In this document: in pieces, positions 51,453 to 61,936 of the stretch
How positions within the stretch are numbered: position 1 is the first letter of the stretch
How the letters are laid out: every line of letters starts with the position of its first letter
NCBI GenBank assembly: GCA_963840155.1
Contig: CAWIXP010000001.1
Location: 977,804-1,041,803 of the forward strand
From: an uncultured Alphaproteobacteria bacterium
GTDB lineage: Bacteria > Pseudomonadota > Alphaproteobacteria > Rhizobiales > Xanthobacteraceae
DNA length: 64,000 bases
Direction: 5' to 3'
Position numbers and translations under genes: made by a program
The notes under the pieces: model-generated
Databases searched by the model: none
Seen by the model: only the letters and a program-made list of their open reading frames with translations
Told to the model about the DNA's origin: nothing

Positions 51453-51755
51453 ATGGGACAGGACTGGAATACCAAATATGGACCGCGGCGCGTTCGCCGC
51501 GATCCGCCGACTTTGGATGAAGCTATCTTTGCCGCGATCGGTATCACCGATGACCAGGAATTGCAGGCCGAGATCGCGGCGTCCCTGATGGGGCTGCCGA
51601 TCGAGTCCGTGCAAGCCGAAGTGAAGAAGGCGGGCCGCACGGCGGCGCGGTCTTCGACCCGGGTGATCGCCGGCGAACAAGGCGCGCAGCGCTCGGTAGT
51701 GGTTGAACGGCGCGTGACCAGGAAATTCGGCAACGACAAGCGTACCGGAACGTAA
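51453..51755 (+). CDS. Hypothetical protein
   Basis: GAGGA RBS; MGQDWNTKYGPRRVRRDPPTLDEAIFAA... Confidence 0.75.
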   Translation: MGQDWNTKYGPRRVRRDPPTLDEAIFAAIGITDDQELQAEIAASLMGLPIESVQAEVKKAGRTAARSSTRVIAGEQGAQRSVVVERRVTRKFGNDKRTGT

Positions 51756-51759
51756 GCTG

Positions 51760-52158
51760 TCAGAGCACCATCTGCGTTTGCGTCACCACCGCGACCAGCT
51801 TGCCCTCTTCCGTCTCCAATCGAGTTTGCCAGACCTGGGTGCGCCGTCCCCGATGCACCGGCGTCGCGGTCGCGACGACGGTCATTCCCTCCCTTGCGCC
51901 GCCGATGAAATTGGTCTTGCTTTCGATCGTGGTGGTGCCCTTTGCATCATCGGGCAGATTAATCACCGTCGCCGCGGCGCCGACGGAGTCCGCCAACGCC
52001 ATGATCGCGCCGCCGTGTAGCGTATGGCCGAGGGTGCAGAGATCCGGCCGCACCACCATCCGCGCCACCACGCGATCGCGTCCAGCTTCGGTGAAGGCGA
52101 CGCCCTTCAGTTCCGCGAACGGCATTTTCATGGAATTCACTCTTTCAAGCAGCGTCAT
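51760..52158 (-). CDS. PaaI family thioesterase
   Basis: HGGAIMALAD and TTIESKTNF hot-dog fold motifs. Confidence 0.92.
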   Translation of the reverse strand: MTLLERVNSMKMPFAELKGVAFTEAGRDRVVARMVVRPDLCTLGHTLHGGAIMALADSVGAAATVINLPDDAKGTTTIESKTNFIGGAREGMTVVATATPVHRGRRTQVWQTRLETEEGKLVAVVTQTQMVL

Positions 52159-52217
52159 CAAGGATCCTTTTTCCGTTGTCGCCCGTGCTCGGCGATGACA
52201 GGGCTGGTTCGTCGCGT

Positions 52218-53498
52218 CTACGCCTTCTCCACTCCGCACCACTCCGCGATGAACAGCGCTGTCGCCTTGGTCGATTGCCGCAGCGAGTCCAGATCGACAT
52301 ATTCGTTAAAGCCGTGCATTGCGGCGCCGCTGGCGCCGAAGCACAGGCTTGGGATGTCGTAATTGAGTCCATAGAACCGCGTGTCGGTAAGCGCGGTGAA
52401 CACGAGATCCTCTACCGAGCCGCCATAGACCGCTTTGAACGCCTTGCCGAACGCGGCCTCTGCCTCCGCGGAATCCTTCAGTTCATAGCCTTCCGACAAA
52501 AATCCGGACCATTCGACATCAGGCGGATTATTGGAGAGGAAGCGATGATCGCGTGCCGCAGCCGAGATGTGGCTGAGAATCTCGCTCTGACAGTCGGCGA
52601 CCGACCAGCCCGGCAATATCGCGATCCGGCAATCGACGTCGCACCAGGCAGGCACGCTGGAGGCCCAGTCGCCGCCCTTGATGATGCCGGGATTGAAGTT
52701 GATCGGGTGGGTCACCGTCCTGAAATGGCGATCGCCCTTGGCGCGTTCATTCCATTCGCTCTCGAGTTGTTCCAGCGACTTGATCAAATGGTATGCCGCG
52801 GTGATAGCGTTGGAGCCGGCGCCGGCCTCGAACACATGCACGGGATGGCCGCGCACTTTCAGGCGAAACCAGATCACTCCGACCTGCGAGCGCACCATCT
52901 TGCCGGATGTCGGCTCGGGAATGAAACAGGCATCGGCGCGATAGCCGCGCTGCAAAGTAGAGAGCGCGCCGACGCCGGTGCTCTCCTCCTCGATCACGGA
53001 CTGAAAGTGAATTCGCGCGGTCGGCTTCAGCCCCGCGGCCCTGATCGCATCGAGCGCATAGAGCGCGCCGATTGTGCCGGACTTCATGTCGCAAGCGCCG
53101 CGGCCGTACATTCTGCCGTTCCTCACCACCGGCGCAAACGGCGGCGTCTCCCACATCTCGAGCGGCCCGGTCGGCACCACGTCGCAATGCCCCTGCAGGA
53201 TCAGTGATCTTCCCGCGTTGCTCGAGGGGCGGTAGGTGCCGACCACGGTGCGCGCCTTGGAAAAATCGTGCTCGATCGGGCCGAAGCCTCGCATATCCCT
53301 GAGATCGTCGAGATCGATATGCCAGTCATCGACCTCGTAGCCGCGCTGTCGCAGGAGATCGCCGATCATGTCCTGGCACGGTCCCTCTGCGCCGCGAGTT
53401 GAGGGTATCGCGACAAAATCCCGAGTGGTTGCAAGCTGCGCGTCGAAATTGGCGTCGACCGCATCGAGGATGCCTTGCGTGTTATGGATGGCGTTCAT
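52218..53498 (-). CDS. ArgE/DapE-family M20 deacylase
   Basis: QGHCDVVP, GRGACDMKSG, IEEE and HGFNEYV. Confidence 0.93.
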   Translation of the reverse strand: MNAIHNTQGILDAVDANFDAQLATTRDFVAIPSTRGAEGPCQDMIGDLLRQRGYEVDDWHIDLDDLRDMRGFGPIEHDFSKARTVVGTYRPSSNAGRSLILQGHCDVVPTGPLEMWETPPFAPVVRNGRMYGRGACDMKSGTIGALYALDAIRAAGLKPTARIHFQSVIEEESTGVGALSTLQRGYRADACFIPEPTSGKMVRSQVGVIWFRLKVRGHPVHVFEAGAGSNAITAAYHLIKSLEQLESEWNERAKGDRHFRTVTHPINFNPGIIKGGDWASSVPAWCDVDCRIAILPGWSVADCQSEILSHISAAARDHRFLSNNPPDVEWSGFLSEGYELKDSAEAEAAFGKAFKAVYGGSVEDLVFTALTDTRFYGLNYDIPSLCFGASGAAMHGFNEYVDLDSLRQSTKATALFIAEWCGVEKA

Positions 53499-53584
53499 TT
53501 TCCTTGCTGTTCTGTTGCCGCTTTCAGAATCGCCGGCCCGCCAATACACTGCCCGGCACGATTTCACGGCCCATGGAGACACGG

Positions 53585-53737
53585 ATGCCCGGCAACCGCA
53601 ATATTCTCTTTCTCGTGATTGGCGCGCTGATCGTCGCGGTGGGCGTGCTCGGGTACAATCTCTACCAAACCAAGAAAGAACCGGAAGGCCTGCAGATCAA
53701 CCTCGGTCCGAACGGACTGAAGATCCAGAACAAATAA
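53585..53737 (+). CDS. Small single-TM hypothetical protein
   Basis: GGAG RBS; 50 aa MPGNRNILFLVIGALIVAVGVLGY... Confidence 0.75.
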   Translation: MPGNRNILFLVIGALIVAVGVLGYNLYQTKKEPEGLQINLGPNGLKIQNK

Positions 53738-53757
53738 TACACGCGGGACGATCGATT

Positions 53758-54018
53758 ATGAACCGTCCGCAGATCAGGCGTTTTCCGTATCCACTGCTCG
53801 CCGGCCTGGCGCTGGCTGCGCTCGCTAATTCGGCAATGGCCCAACAGGTCTCGCGCGAGCAGGACATCACGGATCTGCGGTTGGGGCAGCGCATTCTTGT
53901 CGATGATGGATCGTGTCCTGCCGGTCAGATCAAGGAAGTCTCTGGTGCCCGGATGACGCCCTCCGGAATCCTGCGCGTCCAAAAGTGCATTGCACGGCTC
54001 GGACCCAAACGAAGATAG
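53758..54018 (+). CDS. Small secreted protein (DUF6719-like)
   Basis: Signal peptide; GQRILVDDGSCPAGQIKEV...C. Confidence 0.75.
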   Translation: MNRPQIRRFPYPLLAGLALAALANSAMAQQVSREQDITDLRLGQRILVDDGSCPAGQIKEVSGARMTPSGILRVQKCIARLGPKRR

Positions 54019-54124
54019 CAGGCAGGAACCGCCGCCCACTCATGGCTTGCCCCGTGATCATCCGCACTGCGGCTCAAGAGGCCTTCTCCACCGGTATTCG
54101 CCTTGTCTTTGGCGAAGCGGTCGC

Positions 54125-55204
54125 TCATGGCACCACCGCAAAAAACAGAAACGCGGCGAAAATCACCAAATGTACGACGCCCTGAAGCATTGTCGTCCGG
54201 CCAGTGCCCAGAGTAATCACGCTCAGAAGCAGCGTCAGCAGCAGCAGGCCCAGCTCTTTGGCTTCCAGCCCGAGCTCGAGCCGGTATCCCAGCGCAATCG
54301 AAACGGCGGCGACCGCCGGGATCGTCAGACCGATGGTCGCGAGCGCGGAGCCTAGCGCGAGGTTCAGGCTGGTCTGCAACCGATCGCTTTGGGCTGCCTT
54401 GATGGCCGCAACTGCTTCGGGCAGGAGAACCAGAGCAGCGATGATGGTGCCGACGACTGCTTTCGGTACCCGGAGATATTCGATTGCGCGCTCGACCGTG
54501 GGTGTCAGGGTCTTGGCCAGCCCAACGATTGCGACGAGCGAGACGACAAGGAGAATTGCGCTCAAGGCGGTCGTTCTGTTGTCCGGGGGCGGGGCATGTT
54601 CCTCCGGGGTCGAAGTCTTGACGGGCAGAAAATAGTCGCGGTGGCGTACCGTCTGGATGAAGACGAAGGCGAAATACAGCACCAGCGACACAAGCGCCGC
54701 GAAGATGAGCTGCGGCCTGTTGTACAACGGACCGAGTTCTTGAGCCGCGAGGTTCGGGAGAACCATTGTGAGACTGGTCAGCGCAACGAGCACGGCCAAC
54801 GCGGCGCTCGCTCCTTGAGCCTGAAATCCCTGTTCGCGGTGGCGGACGCCGCCCGTCAGCAGACAGGCGCCGACGATGCCGTTGCACACGATCATGACCG
54901 CCGCGAAGACCGTGTCACGTGCCAATCCGGCTTTTTCGGCAGGCGCTGCGATCATGACCGAGACGATCAGCGCTGTCTCGATCACCGTTACGGCCAAGGC
55001 AAGTATGAGCGTGCCGAATGGCTCGCCAACGCGGTGTGCAACCATCTCCGCATGATACACCGCAGCGAATACGGTGGCGAACAGCGCTGCTCCGGCTGCG
55101 GCGTAGATGATTCCGCCTCCGCCGAGAATGAGTGTGATCAACAGGATGGTCCAGGCAAGGGCGGGCCAAATCCATGTCCACCGAGCGGTACCTGCCACAG
55201 CCAT
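54125..55204 (-). CDS. Ca2+/H+ antiporter (ChaA/CaCA family)
   Basis: GEPFGTLILALAVTVIE and LLPEAVAA...QTSLNLALGS alpha repeats. Confidence 0.9.
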   Translation of the reverse strand: MAVAGTARWTWIWPALAWTILLITLILGGGGIIYAAAGAALFATVFAAVYHAEMVAHRVGEPFGTLILALAVTVIETALIVSVMIAAPAEKAGLARDTVFAAVMIVCNGIVGACLLTGGVRHREQGFQAQGASAALAVLVALTSLTMVLPNLAAQELGPLYNRPQLIFAALVSLVLYFAFVFIQTVRHRDYFLPVKTSTPEEHAPPPDNRTTALSAILLVVSLVAIVGLAKTLTPTVERAIEYLRVPKAVVGTIIAALVLLPEAVAAIKAAQSDRLQTSLNLALGSALATIGLTIPAVAAVSIALGYRLELGLEAKELGLLLLTLLLSVITLGTGRTTMLQGVVHLVIFAAFLFFAVVP

Positions 55205-55393
55205 GTCGATCCCTACCTTAGATGTTGTCCCCATCGTGCATGATCCGGGAAAGTCCTGGATCGCAGTTCAGCCTGGAGGCCTTTGGTCAACCGAACGAGA
55301 TCCGCGCAATCGATGCCGCAGCGCCGACACGGCTCATTCCGATTGCGGTCATCCGAGCACCGGTGCACTTCAGGAGCCGAAGCCCTCGGAACC

Positions 55394-56140
55394 TCAATCG
55401 AAGAATTCCACGGCGCCCGTTTCCAAATTGTACATCGCACCCGCCATTTTGACCGCGCCCTTCGCTTCCAGTTCGGCGAGGACGGAGCTGTCCTGTCGAA
55501 TCCCGACCACAGTCATCTCGACATTCTTTCGCGCGACAGCATCGACGAAGGCGTAGTTTTTCGCCGAACGTTCGCCGGCATAGGCGGTGGCGTCTATTGC
55601 GGGTTTGATCTTCGCCAGCAATCCAGTCAGATTGCCCAGCTCGGCATTGTCAATCGCTCCCTTGATGGCCCCGCATGCGGTGTGGCCCATCACCAGGACC
55701 ACTTTCGCGCCTGCCAATTTGCACGCGAACTCCATGCTGCCCAGAATGTCGGCGTTTCTCACATTCCCCGCGACGCGGCAGTTGAAGATATCGCCAATTC
55801 CGAGGTCCATGATCACCTCGGCCGGCGCGCGCGAATCGATGCACGTCAGCAGGACGGCCGCTGGATACTGTCCCTTCGCGCTAGCCTTCTGTTCGCGAAG
55901 ATAGTTGCGGTTTTTCCGTTCCCCCGCACGGAAACGCTTGTTCCCCTTCTTCATTATCTGAATGATTTGGTCCGGTGTCAGTTCGTCGCGCAACTCTTTC
56001 GACAGGGCGTCTGCGCGTGCCTGATCAGCCAGGAAGACGCCGCCACTCGTGAGGCCGGCCAGAGCGCCGGCCGTCAGCTTAAGAAAATTCCGCCGGCCCA
56101 AACAATTGCAGTCAAGGGGATGTCCAAGCTTCAGGCGCAT
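55394..56140 (-). CDS. Beta-class carbonic anhydrase with Tat signal
   Basis: GRRNFLK; CIDSR and GHTACGA zinc ligands. Confidence 0.93.
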   Translation of the reverse strand: MRLKLGHPLDCNCLGRRNFLKLTAGALAGLTSGGVFLADQARADALSKELRDELTPDQIIQIMKKGNKRFRAGERKNRNYLREQKASAKGQYPAAVLLTCIDSRAPAEVIMDLGIGDIFNCRVAGNVRNADILGSMEFACKLAGAKVVLVMGHTACGAIKGAIDNAELGNLTGLLAKIKPAIDATAYAGERSAKNYAFVDAVARKNVEMTVVGIRQDSSVLAELEAKGAVKMAGAMYNLETGAVEFFD

Positions 56141-56358
56141 GTCCGATCTCCGCTCTAAGCCGATGATTGGACCTCATCATAATCGTTTCGCCTCCTGAGG
56201 GATCAAGTAGCGGAGAGCGCCGTATATTTTGAGGATCGTCGATGTCCGAAAGGGCATTTTCGACAAGTCGGCGAGCCTTGCCCGCCATTTGATGCGCCCC
56301 AATGGAATCCAGCCGCACCCTACACCATTCGAGCGCTAAGCGATGCGTCGTCGCGGCT

Positions 56359-56907
56359 TCACTGAATGAACTCGCCGCATTTCTGGACCGCGGAATCCGC
56401 AGGCCCCCAGGGCATGATCGGTACCGAAGAGGTCGAATTCTTCGGCGATCCTTCGATCAGCTTGTCCGAATATACCATATAGACCAGCACGTTCCGCTTG
56501 GCGTCGCAGCCGCGGACAATCTGCATCTTCTTGAAGAACAGCGAACGCCGCTGCCGGAACATGTCGTCGCCCTGCTCCATCTTGCCCTTGAAGCGGATGG
56601 GACCGATCTGCCGGCAGGCCAGCGAAATATCCGAAACTTGTTCGGAAAGCCCGAGCCAGCCTTTGAAGCCGCCCTTCTCCGGCACGGTAAAATGGCAGGC
56701 AACGCCCTCGACCTCGGGATCGTCGACCCCGTAGGTGGCGAGCTTGTCGTTCGGACTGATCCACTTGAACACCGTCGAGCGGCGGAAGATCAGGTCCGGC
56801 TCGTCGGCGGCAGCGGCCTGCGAAGGCGGCCAGAGCGCCAGCGCCAGCGCCAGCAAAGACCAAATTCTCCAGTTCACGTCACCAAGGATTAGGACTTTAC
56901 GTGTCAT
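56359..56907 (-). CDS. creA: CreA family protein
   Basis: DDPEVEGVACH, SLACRQIGP and LVYMVYSDKLIEGSPKNSTS. Confidence 0.9.
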   Translation of the reverse strand: MTRKVLILGDVNWRIWSLLALALALWPPSQAAAADEPDLIFRRSTVFKWISPNDKLATYGVDDPEVEGVACHFTVPEKGGFKGWLGLSEQVSDISLACRQIGPIRFKGKMEQGDDMFRQRRSLFFKKMQIVRGCDAKRNVLVYMVYSDKLIEGSPKNSTSSVPIMPWGPADSAVQKCGEFIQ

Positions 56908-57094
56908 GGATGTCTCTCCGTTGGCAAGTTTTCATTCATGTAGGTGCGCGGAAGTCCGGCGGGAGGATGATCGGCGCGGGTAAGTCCCACCGATTTGACT
57001 CAATGTGCAGCTTTGTTGCTCTGCTTGGGCGAAAATCGTGGGAATTGGAACCGACGCTGGTGGACCCGTACCCCCTCTGCAACACTAGGGAATC

Positions 57095-58372
57095 ATGGCC
57101 GAGGATTCGAGGATGATGCGGTTGGGCGGGCATGGGGCTTCTGCTGCGCCCGGAAAGCTTTGGCGAGTTGTGGCGCTAACGGCGGCCGGCACGGTCGGCG
57201 GCGCCCTCCACGCAGAGGCGGCCTTGTATTACTGGTCCAACCCCGATTCCGGATATTACTATCCGGTCCCGATGATTGCGCAGCAGCGGCTAAAGCCCCG
57301 TCATCGACAGGTCAAGCAGGTTCGGGCGCCGGACAAGGAATCAAGCAAGCCGCAGGGACCGCTGATCATCGCGATCTCGATCGAACGGCAGAACCTGAAG
57401 ATCTACGACGCCAAAGGCATCTTCGCGGAGGCGCCGATTTCAACGGGCATGAAGGGTCACCCGACCCCGATGGGCGTTTTCAGTGTCATCCAGAAACACA
57501 AGCTGCACCATTCGAATATCTACAGCGGCGCGCCGATGCCCTACATGCAGCGCATCACCTGGTCCGGCGTTGCCATACATGGTGGCGTGTTGCCGGGCTA
57601 CCCGGCTTCGCACGGCTGTATCCGCATGCCGATGGCCTTCGCCGTCAAGATGTGGAACTGGACCAAGTTGGGGGCGCGGGTCGTCGTCACCCCGGGCGAG
57701 ATAAAGCCGGCCAGCTTTTCGCATCCCCTGTTGATGACCCGGCGAGTAATGCCGCAACCGGCCGAGCCGCAGGCCGACGCGCCGGCTGCGATCATCGCGC
57801 CGCTCATGAAGATCGGCGCAAGCGACGACGCGAACAAAGATCATGCCGGCCTGCCCGAACCTGAAAACGCGATAGCCTCCAAACCGGATCCGGCGCTGCG
57901 AAGGGCGCCGACTCGCAGCGGGCAGATCGCTGCATTCATCAGCGGCAAGGACTCAAAACTTTACGTCCGGCAAAATTTTGCGCCGCTGTTCGAGACGCCA
58001 ATAGCGATTGCACCCAGCGATCGGCCCTTGGGCACGCACGTGTTCACCGCCGAGGTCGACAAGGACGATCCCAATGTCCTGCACTGGTCGGTGGTTTCGC
58101 TTCCAGCGAACCGGCACGCCGTACGGCGCAACTACTATGACGAGCGTCTGTTGCGGCGGCAGAGGATCGCGCGCGTGGGTACATTCGAGGTAAAGGCATT
58201 GGTGGTGCCCGACGGCCCCGCTGAAGCGCTGGATCGCCTCACCATCCCGGCGGACGCGATCGCCGGCATCGCCGAGGCGCTTTCGACCGGCGGCTCCATC
58301 ATCGTATCCGATCAGGGCATCGCCGCAGGCGAAACCGGCGAAGGAACGGATTTCATCGTCTCGCTGCGATAG
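57095..58372 (+). CDS. L,D-transpeptidase family protein
   Basis: PISTG, TPMGVF and HGGVLPGYPASHGCIRM. Confidence 0.92.
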   Translation: MAEDSRMMRLGGHGASAAPGKLWRVVALTAAGTVGGALHAEAALYYWSNPDSGYYYPVPMIAQQRLKPRHRQVKQVRAPDKESSKPQGPLIIAISIERQNLKIYDAKGIFAEAPISTGMKGHPTPMGVFSVIQKHKLHHSNIYSGAPMPYMQRITWSGVAIHGGVLPGYPASHGCIRMPMAFAVKMWNWTKLGARVVVTPGEIKPASFSHPLLMTRRVMPQPAEPQADAPAAIIAPLMKIGASDDANKDHAGLPEPENAIASKPDPALRRAPTRSGQIAAFISGKDSKLYVRQNFAPLFETPIAIAPSDRPLGTHVFTAEVDKDDPNVLHWSVVSLPANRHAVRRNYYDERLLRRQRIARVGTFEVKALVVPDGPAEALDRLTIPADAIAGIAEALSTGGSIIVSDQGIAAGETGEGTDFIVSLR

Positions 58373-58534
58373 AGCATCCGGAGGTGGATCCATCCTGTTG
58401 CTTTCCATGGCAGCCGGTGCCCGCCAGCGAAATTTCCGCTCCCCGGCAGCGAGGCGGCGTAGCGGCCGGACCTGACCGTGGGAGCCTCGTGGCCGGTCGC
58501 TTTGACCGGGAGGCTGAGTTAAAATAACGCCGGC

Positions 58535-60187
58535 ATGGACCAATTGCTCACAACCGCGGTCTCGAGCCCCGAGGCGCAAACCGGCGCCGGCAACGACGCC
58601 TTCAGCCGGCTGACCTTTCTCGGGTGGCGATACGGGCTGACGGCCATTGTGGCCGGCCTTGCCGTATCGTTTTTCCTGTTCGGCTATACGCTGATCTATT
58701 GGCGTAACGCCGATATGGATTTCATGGTGATCTATAACGCGCTCGCCCTCAATGACGGCAACCCGCAGCTGTTCTTCGACCACACCGCGTACCTGACGAT
58801 TCTGTCGCTGAAGCTCTGGTTTCAACTGCTGCACGGGCTCGGCCTGCTCGACGCCTGGACGCTGTCGTCCATGCCACCGGCCTCCAACGTGCCCGCCTTC
58901 GATGCCGCCATGACCAGTGCGGTTCGCGCCGGACGCCTGCTGGCATGGCTGATCGCAACCGCCTCCGTGCTGGTGTTTGCGAAGCTTGTCCGCCTCATCC
59001 TGCGCGACTGGCGCGTCGCGATGCTGGCAAGCTTCGCGTTCGCGTTCTCCGGCGGCATTGCCGTGCATTCCCGGATATTGCGCAGCGAGCTGGTAGCAGC
59101 CTGTCCGGTCCTGTTTGCGCTGATGATCCTGATCGTGGTCGGTCGCCGCGCCAGCGTCGCCCGCCCGCTGGCCATCGCGCTGGCTGCGGCACTTTGCGTG
59201 TTCGGTCTCGAGAACAAGGTGCAGGCGGTCCTGCTGGTCGCTGCGGTGCCGCTGCTGATGCTGCCGTTCGGAAGCGCTGCAAGCGCCAGCGTCGCGTTCT
59301 GGGAGGATGCGCGATCATCCTGGCCGGCCGCGGCTGTCGGCGCTGTCGCCTCGATTGCGGCGGCATGGGCCGCATGGCCACTGATGTCGACCGGCTTCGA
59401 CCGCGCGTTGCTCGATGCCGCACATTTCCATCCGCTTTTGCAGAATCGATTCGGCGTCTATCAGGCGGCGTTCGCGATCCTGGTCGCAGGTTGCATGACC
59501 GCCTACGCCGCGATCTGGCGGATCAGCGCGGCAGAGACGACGGCATCGATGTTTGCGGTGGCCACCGGCGCATCGGTTGCGCTGCTGTTGCTCGAACTGC
59601 AATACAACGCCGGCAACGTGATTGCCGTGGTCAATCCGCTGGAAAAAATGCTGAACTTTGCGGATGCCAACACCACCCAGATCGCGAACGGATCGAGCCT
59701 GCAGAGTATCTTTCTGCTGCTGCTCGATGGGATCGCATCGGTTCTGGCCCGCTACAGCTTCGTGCTGCACTCCTCGCCGCGTCCGACCGTGTTTCTCACC
59801 TGGCTGATCGTCCCCGGAATCGTGGTGTCGTGGCGCCGCGGCGAGAAGCTCGTCGCAGTGCAGGGGTTGGTGTTGCTGCTGGCCGCGATCGGAATCGATG
59901 CGCTGGGCGTGCGGCGCGGATTGAAATCGGAATATTTCATATTCACCGACCCGCTGATTATCCTCTCTGGCGCGATCCTGCTCGATTCCATGACCGATCT
60001 ACGCTTTGGCAGGTGGACCTATCCTGTCGCCGCAACGCTGTTCGGGGTGCATGTCGCCGTCGGCCAAGCCGAGCCGATCAAATACGCCTTCATGCGCCGA
60101 GGCCCGGAATCGATCTGCCAGTGGAATGGGTATTATCTGCCCCTGCTGCCACTGCCCTGGTGCAGTTCGCCTCCGACCCGGCCATAA
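58535..60187 (+). CDS. Polytopic membrane protein of unknown function
   Basis: 550 aa, about 13 hydrophobic segments; N-terminal loop RNADMD...FFDH. Confidence 0.75.
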   Translation: MDQLLTTAVSSPEAQTGAGNDAFSRLTFLGWRYGLTAIVAGLAVSFFLFGYTLIYWRNADMDFMVIYNALALNDGNPQLFFDHTAYLTILSLKLWFQLLHGLGLLDAWTLSSMPPASNVPAFDAAMTSAVRAGRLLAWLIATASVLVFAKLVRLILRDWRVAMLASFAFAFSGGIAVHSRILRSELVAACPVLFALMILIVVGRRASVARPLAIALAAALCVFGLENKVQAVLLVAAVPLLMLPFGSAASASVAFWEDARSSWPAAAVGAVASIAAAWAAWPLMSTGFDRALLDAAHFHPLLQNRFGVYQAAFAILVAGCMTAYAAIWRISAAETTASMFAVATGASVALLLLELQYNAGNVIAVVNPLEKMLNFADANTTQIANGSSLQSIFLLLLDGIASVLARYSFVLHSSPRPTVFLTWLIVPGIVVSWRRGEKLVAVQGLVLLLAAIGIDALGVRRGLKSEYFIFTDPLIILSGAILLDSMTDLRFGRWTYPVAATLFGVHVAVGQAEPIKYAFMRRGPESICQWNGYYLPLLPLPWCSSPPTRP

Positions 60188-60250
60188 TGCCTTGATGTGA
60201 AGCGGGCGCTTGCCTGCTGACGCTATTTCGATCCGACAGAGGAGCCCGCA

Positions 60251-60832
60251 ATGATCGACCGCAGGACGATGCTTACGGCAGCGCTGGCCACCTTCACAGG
60301 CACCGCCGCAAGTCGGAGGGCGCGCGCTCAGGCGGTGGCAATGAGCCGTGTGACCGCCTACGCCTTTTCGTTCCCAGCCTTGGCGGGCGGCACCGATATT
60401 AACCTCGCCGACTATGATGGCCATCCGCTGCTCGTCGTCAACACAGCCTCCTTGTGCGGTTTCACCCCGCAATATGCCGGGTTGCAGACATTGTGGGTCG
60501 AATTTCAAGGCCGCGGCCTGGTGATCATCGGCGTTCCTTCGGACGACTTCGGCGGACAGGAGCCCGGCGGCGCCCACGAAATCGCCGAGACGGCGCAGCA
60601 CCAATACGGCGTTACCTTTCCGATTACCGCCAAAACCGCGGTGAAGGGCCCGGATGCACATCCGTTCTACAAATGGGCTGCACGGGCGCGCCCGAAGGAT
60701 GTTCCACATTGGAACTTTCATAAATATCTGATCGGCCGCGCAGGTTACATCACCGAGGTGTTCGCCGAGACGGTCGAGCCAACCGACACGCGGATCAAGA
60801 TAGCGATTGCACGGGCGCTCGCGGACAGCTGA
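60251..60832 (+). CDS. Glutathione peroxidase family protein
   Basis: NTASLCGFTPQY, PSDDFGGQEPG and WNFHKYLI; Tat-like leader. Confidence 0.93.
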   Translation: MIDRRTMLTAALATFTGTAASRRARAQAVAMSRVTAYAFSFPALAGGTDINLADYDGHPLLVVNTASLCGFTPQYAGLQTLWVEFQGRGLVIIGVPSDDFGGQEPGGAHEIAETAQHQYGVTFPITAKTAVKGPDAHPFYKWAARARPKDVPHWNFHKYLIGRAGYITEVFAETVEPTDTRIKIAIARALADS

Positions 60833-60996
60833 CCCGCAGGCGAAATTAACTGTGCAACCGAGAAAACCGCCTGAGGATATAACTGCCGTTGGCGTGGCGG
60901 CGCCGGCCCAACTAGGCTACTATAATCAGGGGCAGAAGATCGCACGGACCCCACGAAAAACCACGGCTTGGCGACGATCGATGTAAGGGAAATAGC

Positions 60997-61926
60997 ATGC
61001 GTGTTGCGGCAGGATTGATCTTTGCAGGCGCGGTCTCGTTGTTCGCGTCAAATGCGGCGTGGTCGCAGACCGCCGGCACCAGCGCGGCGGCCCTGCAAGC
61101 GGCGGCGCCAGCCGCGGTGCCCGCGCCGGCCAAGGCGGCATGTTCCAATCCCAACGCGCTTGGCATAGCCCGCGTGGTCGAGATCGACACCACCGGCGGA
61201 CCGGGCTTCGGTTTCGAGCACTTCAAGCAACTCGACTTCCTGCGTGACCATGAAGTGGTGCTGACATTCGACGACGGCCCGTGGCCGGTCAACACGCCTT
61301 CGGTCCTCAAGACGCTGGCAGAGGAATGCACCACCGGCATCTTCTTTTCGATCGGCAAGCATGCGACCTATTATCCGGAGATCCTGAAAGAGGTTCTCGC
61401 GGCCGGCCATTCCATCGGCGCGCACACCTGGTCGCACGCGACGCTCACCAACAAGAAGCTGACCGAAGACCAGCGCAAGGAAGAGATCGAAAAGGGCTTC
61501 AGCGCGGTCAAATGGGCCTTGGGCGGCGTTTCGCCGTCGCCGTTCTTCCGCTTTCCGGCGCTCCAGCATCCGCCGGAAATGGTGACCTATCTCGGCACCA
61601 GAAATATCGCGATGTTCTCCTGCGACCTCGACTCCTTCGATTTCAAGGCGCGAAACGCGCAGCAGGTGATCGACGTCACGATGAAGAAGCTCGACAAACT
61701 CGGCAAAGGCATCATCCTGCTGCACGATTTCCACAAACACACGGCGGAAGCCCTGCCCGAGCTACTGCACCGGTTGAAGGCCGGCGGCTACAAGGTCGTC
61801 AAAATGGTTGCCAAGGCTCCGGTGCAAACCCTGGCGCAGTATGACGAGGAAGTTCTCAAGGACGCCAAGCTGCCGACCGTGAGCTCGCGGCCGGTCTCCA
61901 GCGTGGTGCAGACGATTTCGGAATAG
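60997..61926 (+). CDS. Polysaccharide deacetylase (CE4)
   Basis: LTFDDGP, HTWSH, FRFP and ILLHD. Confidence 0.93.
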   Translation: MRVAAGLIFAGAVSLFASNAAWSQTAGTSAAALQAAAPAAVPAPAKAACSNPNALGIARVVEIDTTGGPGFGFEHFKQLDFLRDHEVVLTFDDGPWPVNTPSVLKTLAEECTTGIFFSIGKHATYYPEILKEVLAAGHSIGAHTWSHATLTNKKLTEDQRKEEIEKGFSAVKWALGGVSPSPFFRFPALQHPPEMVTYLGTRNIAMFSCDLDSFDFKARNAQQVIDVTMKKLDKLGKGIILLHDFHKHTAEALPELLHRLKAGGYKVVKMVAKAPVQTLAQYDEEVLKDAKLPTVSSRPVSSVVQTISE

Positions 61927-61936
61927 AATTCGCCCG

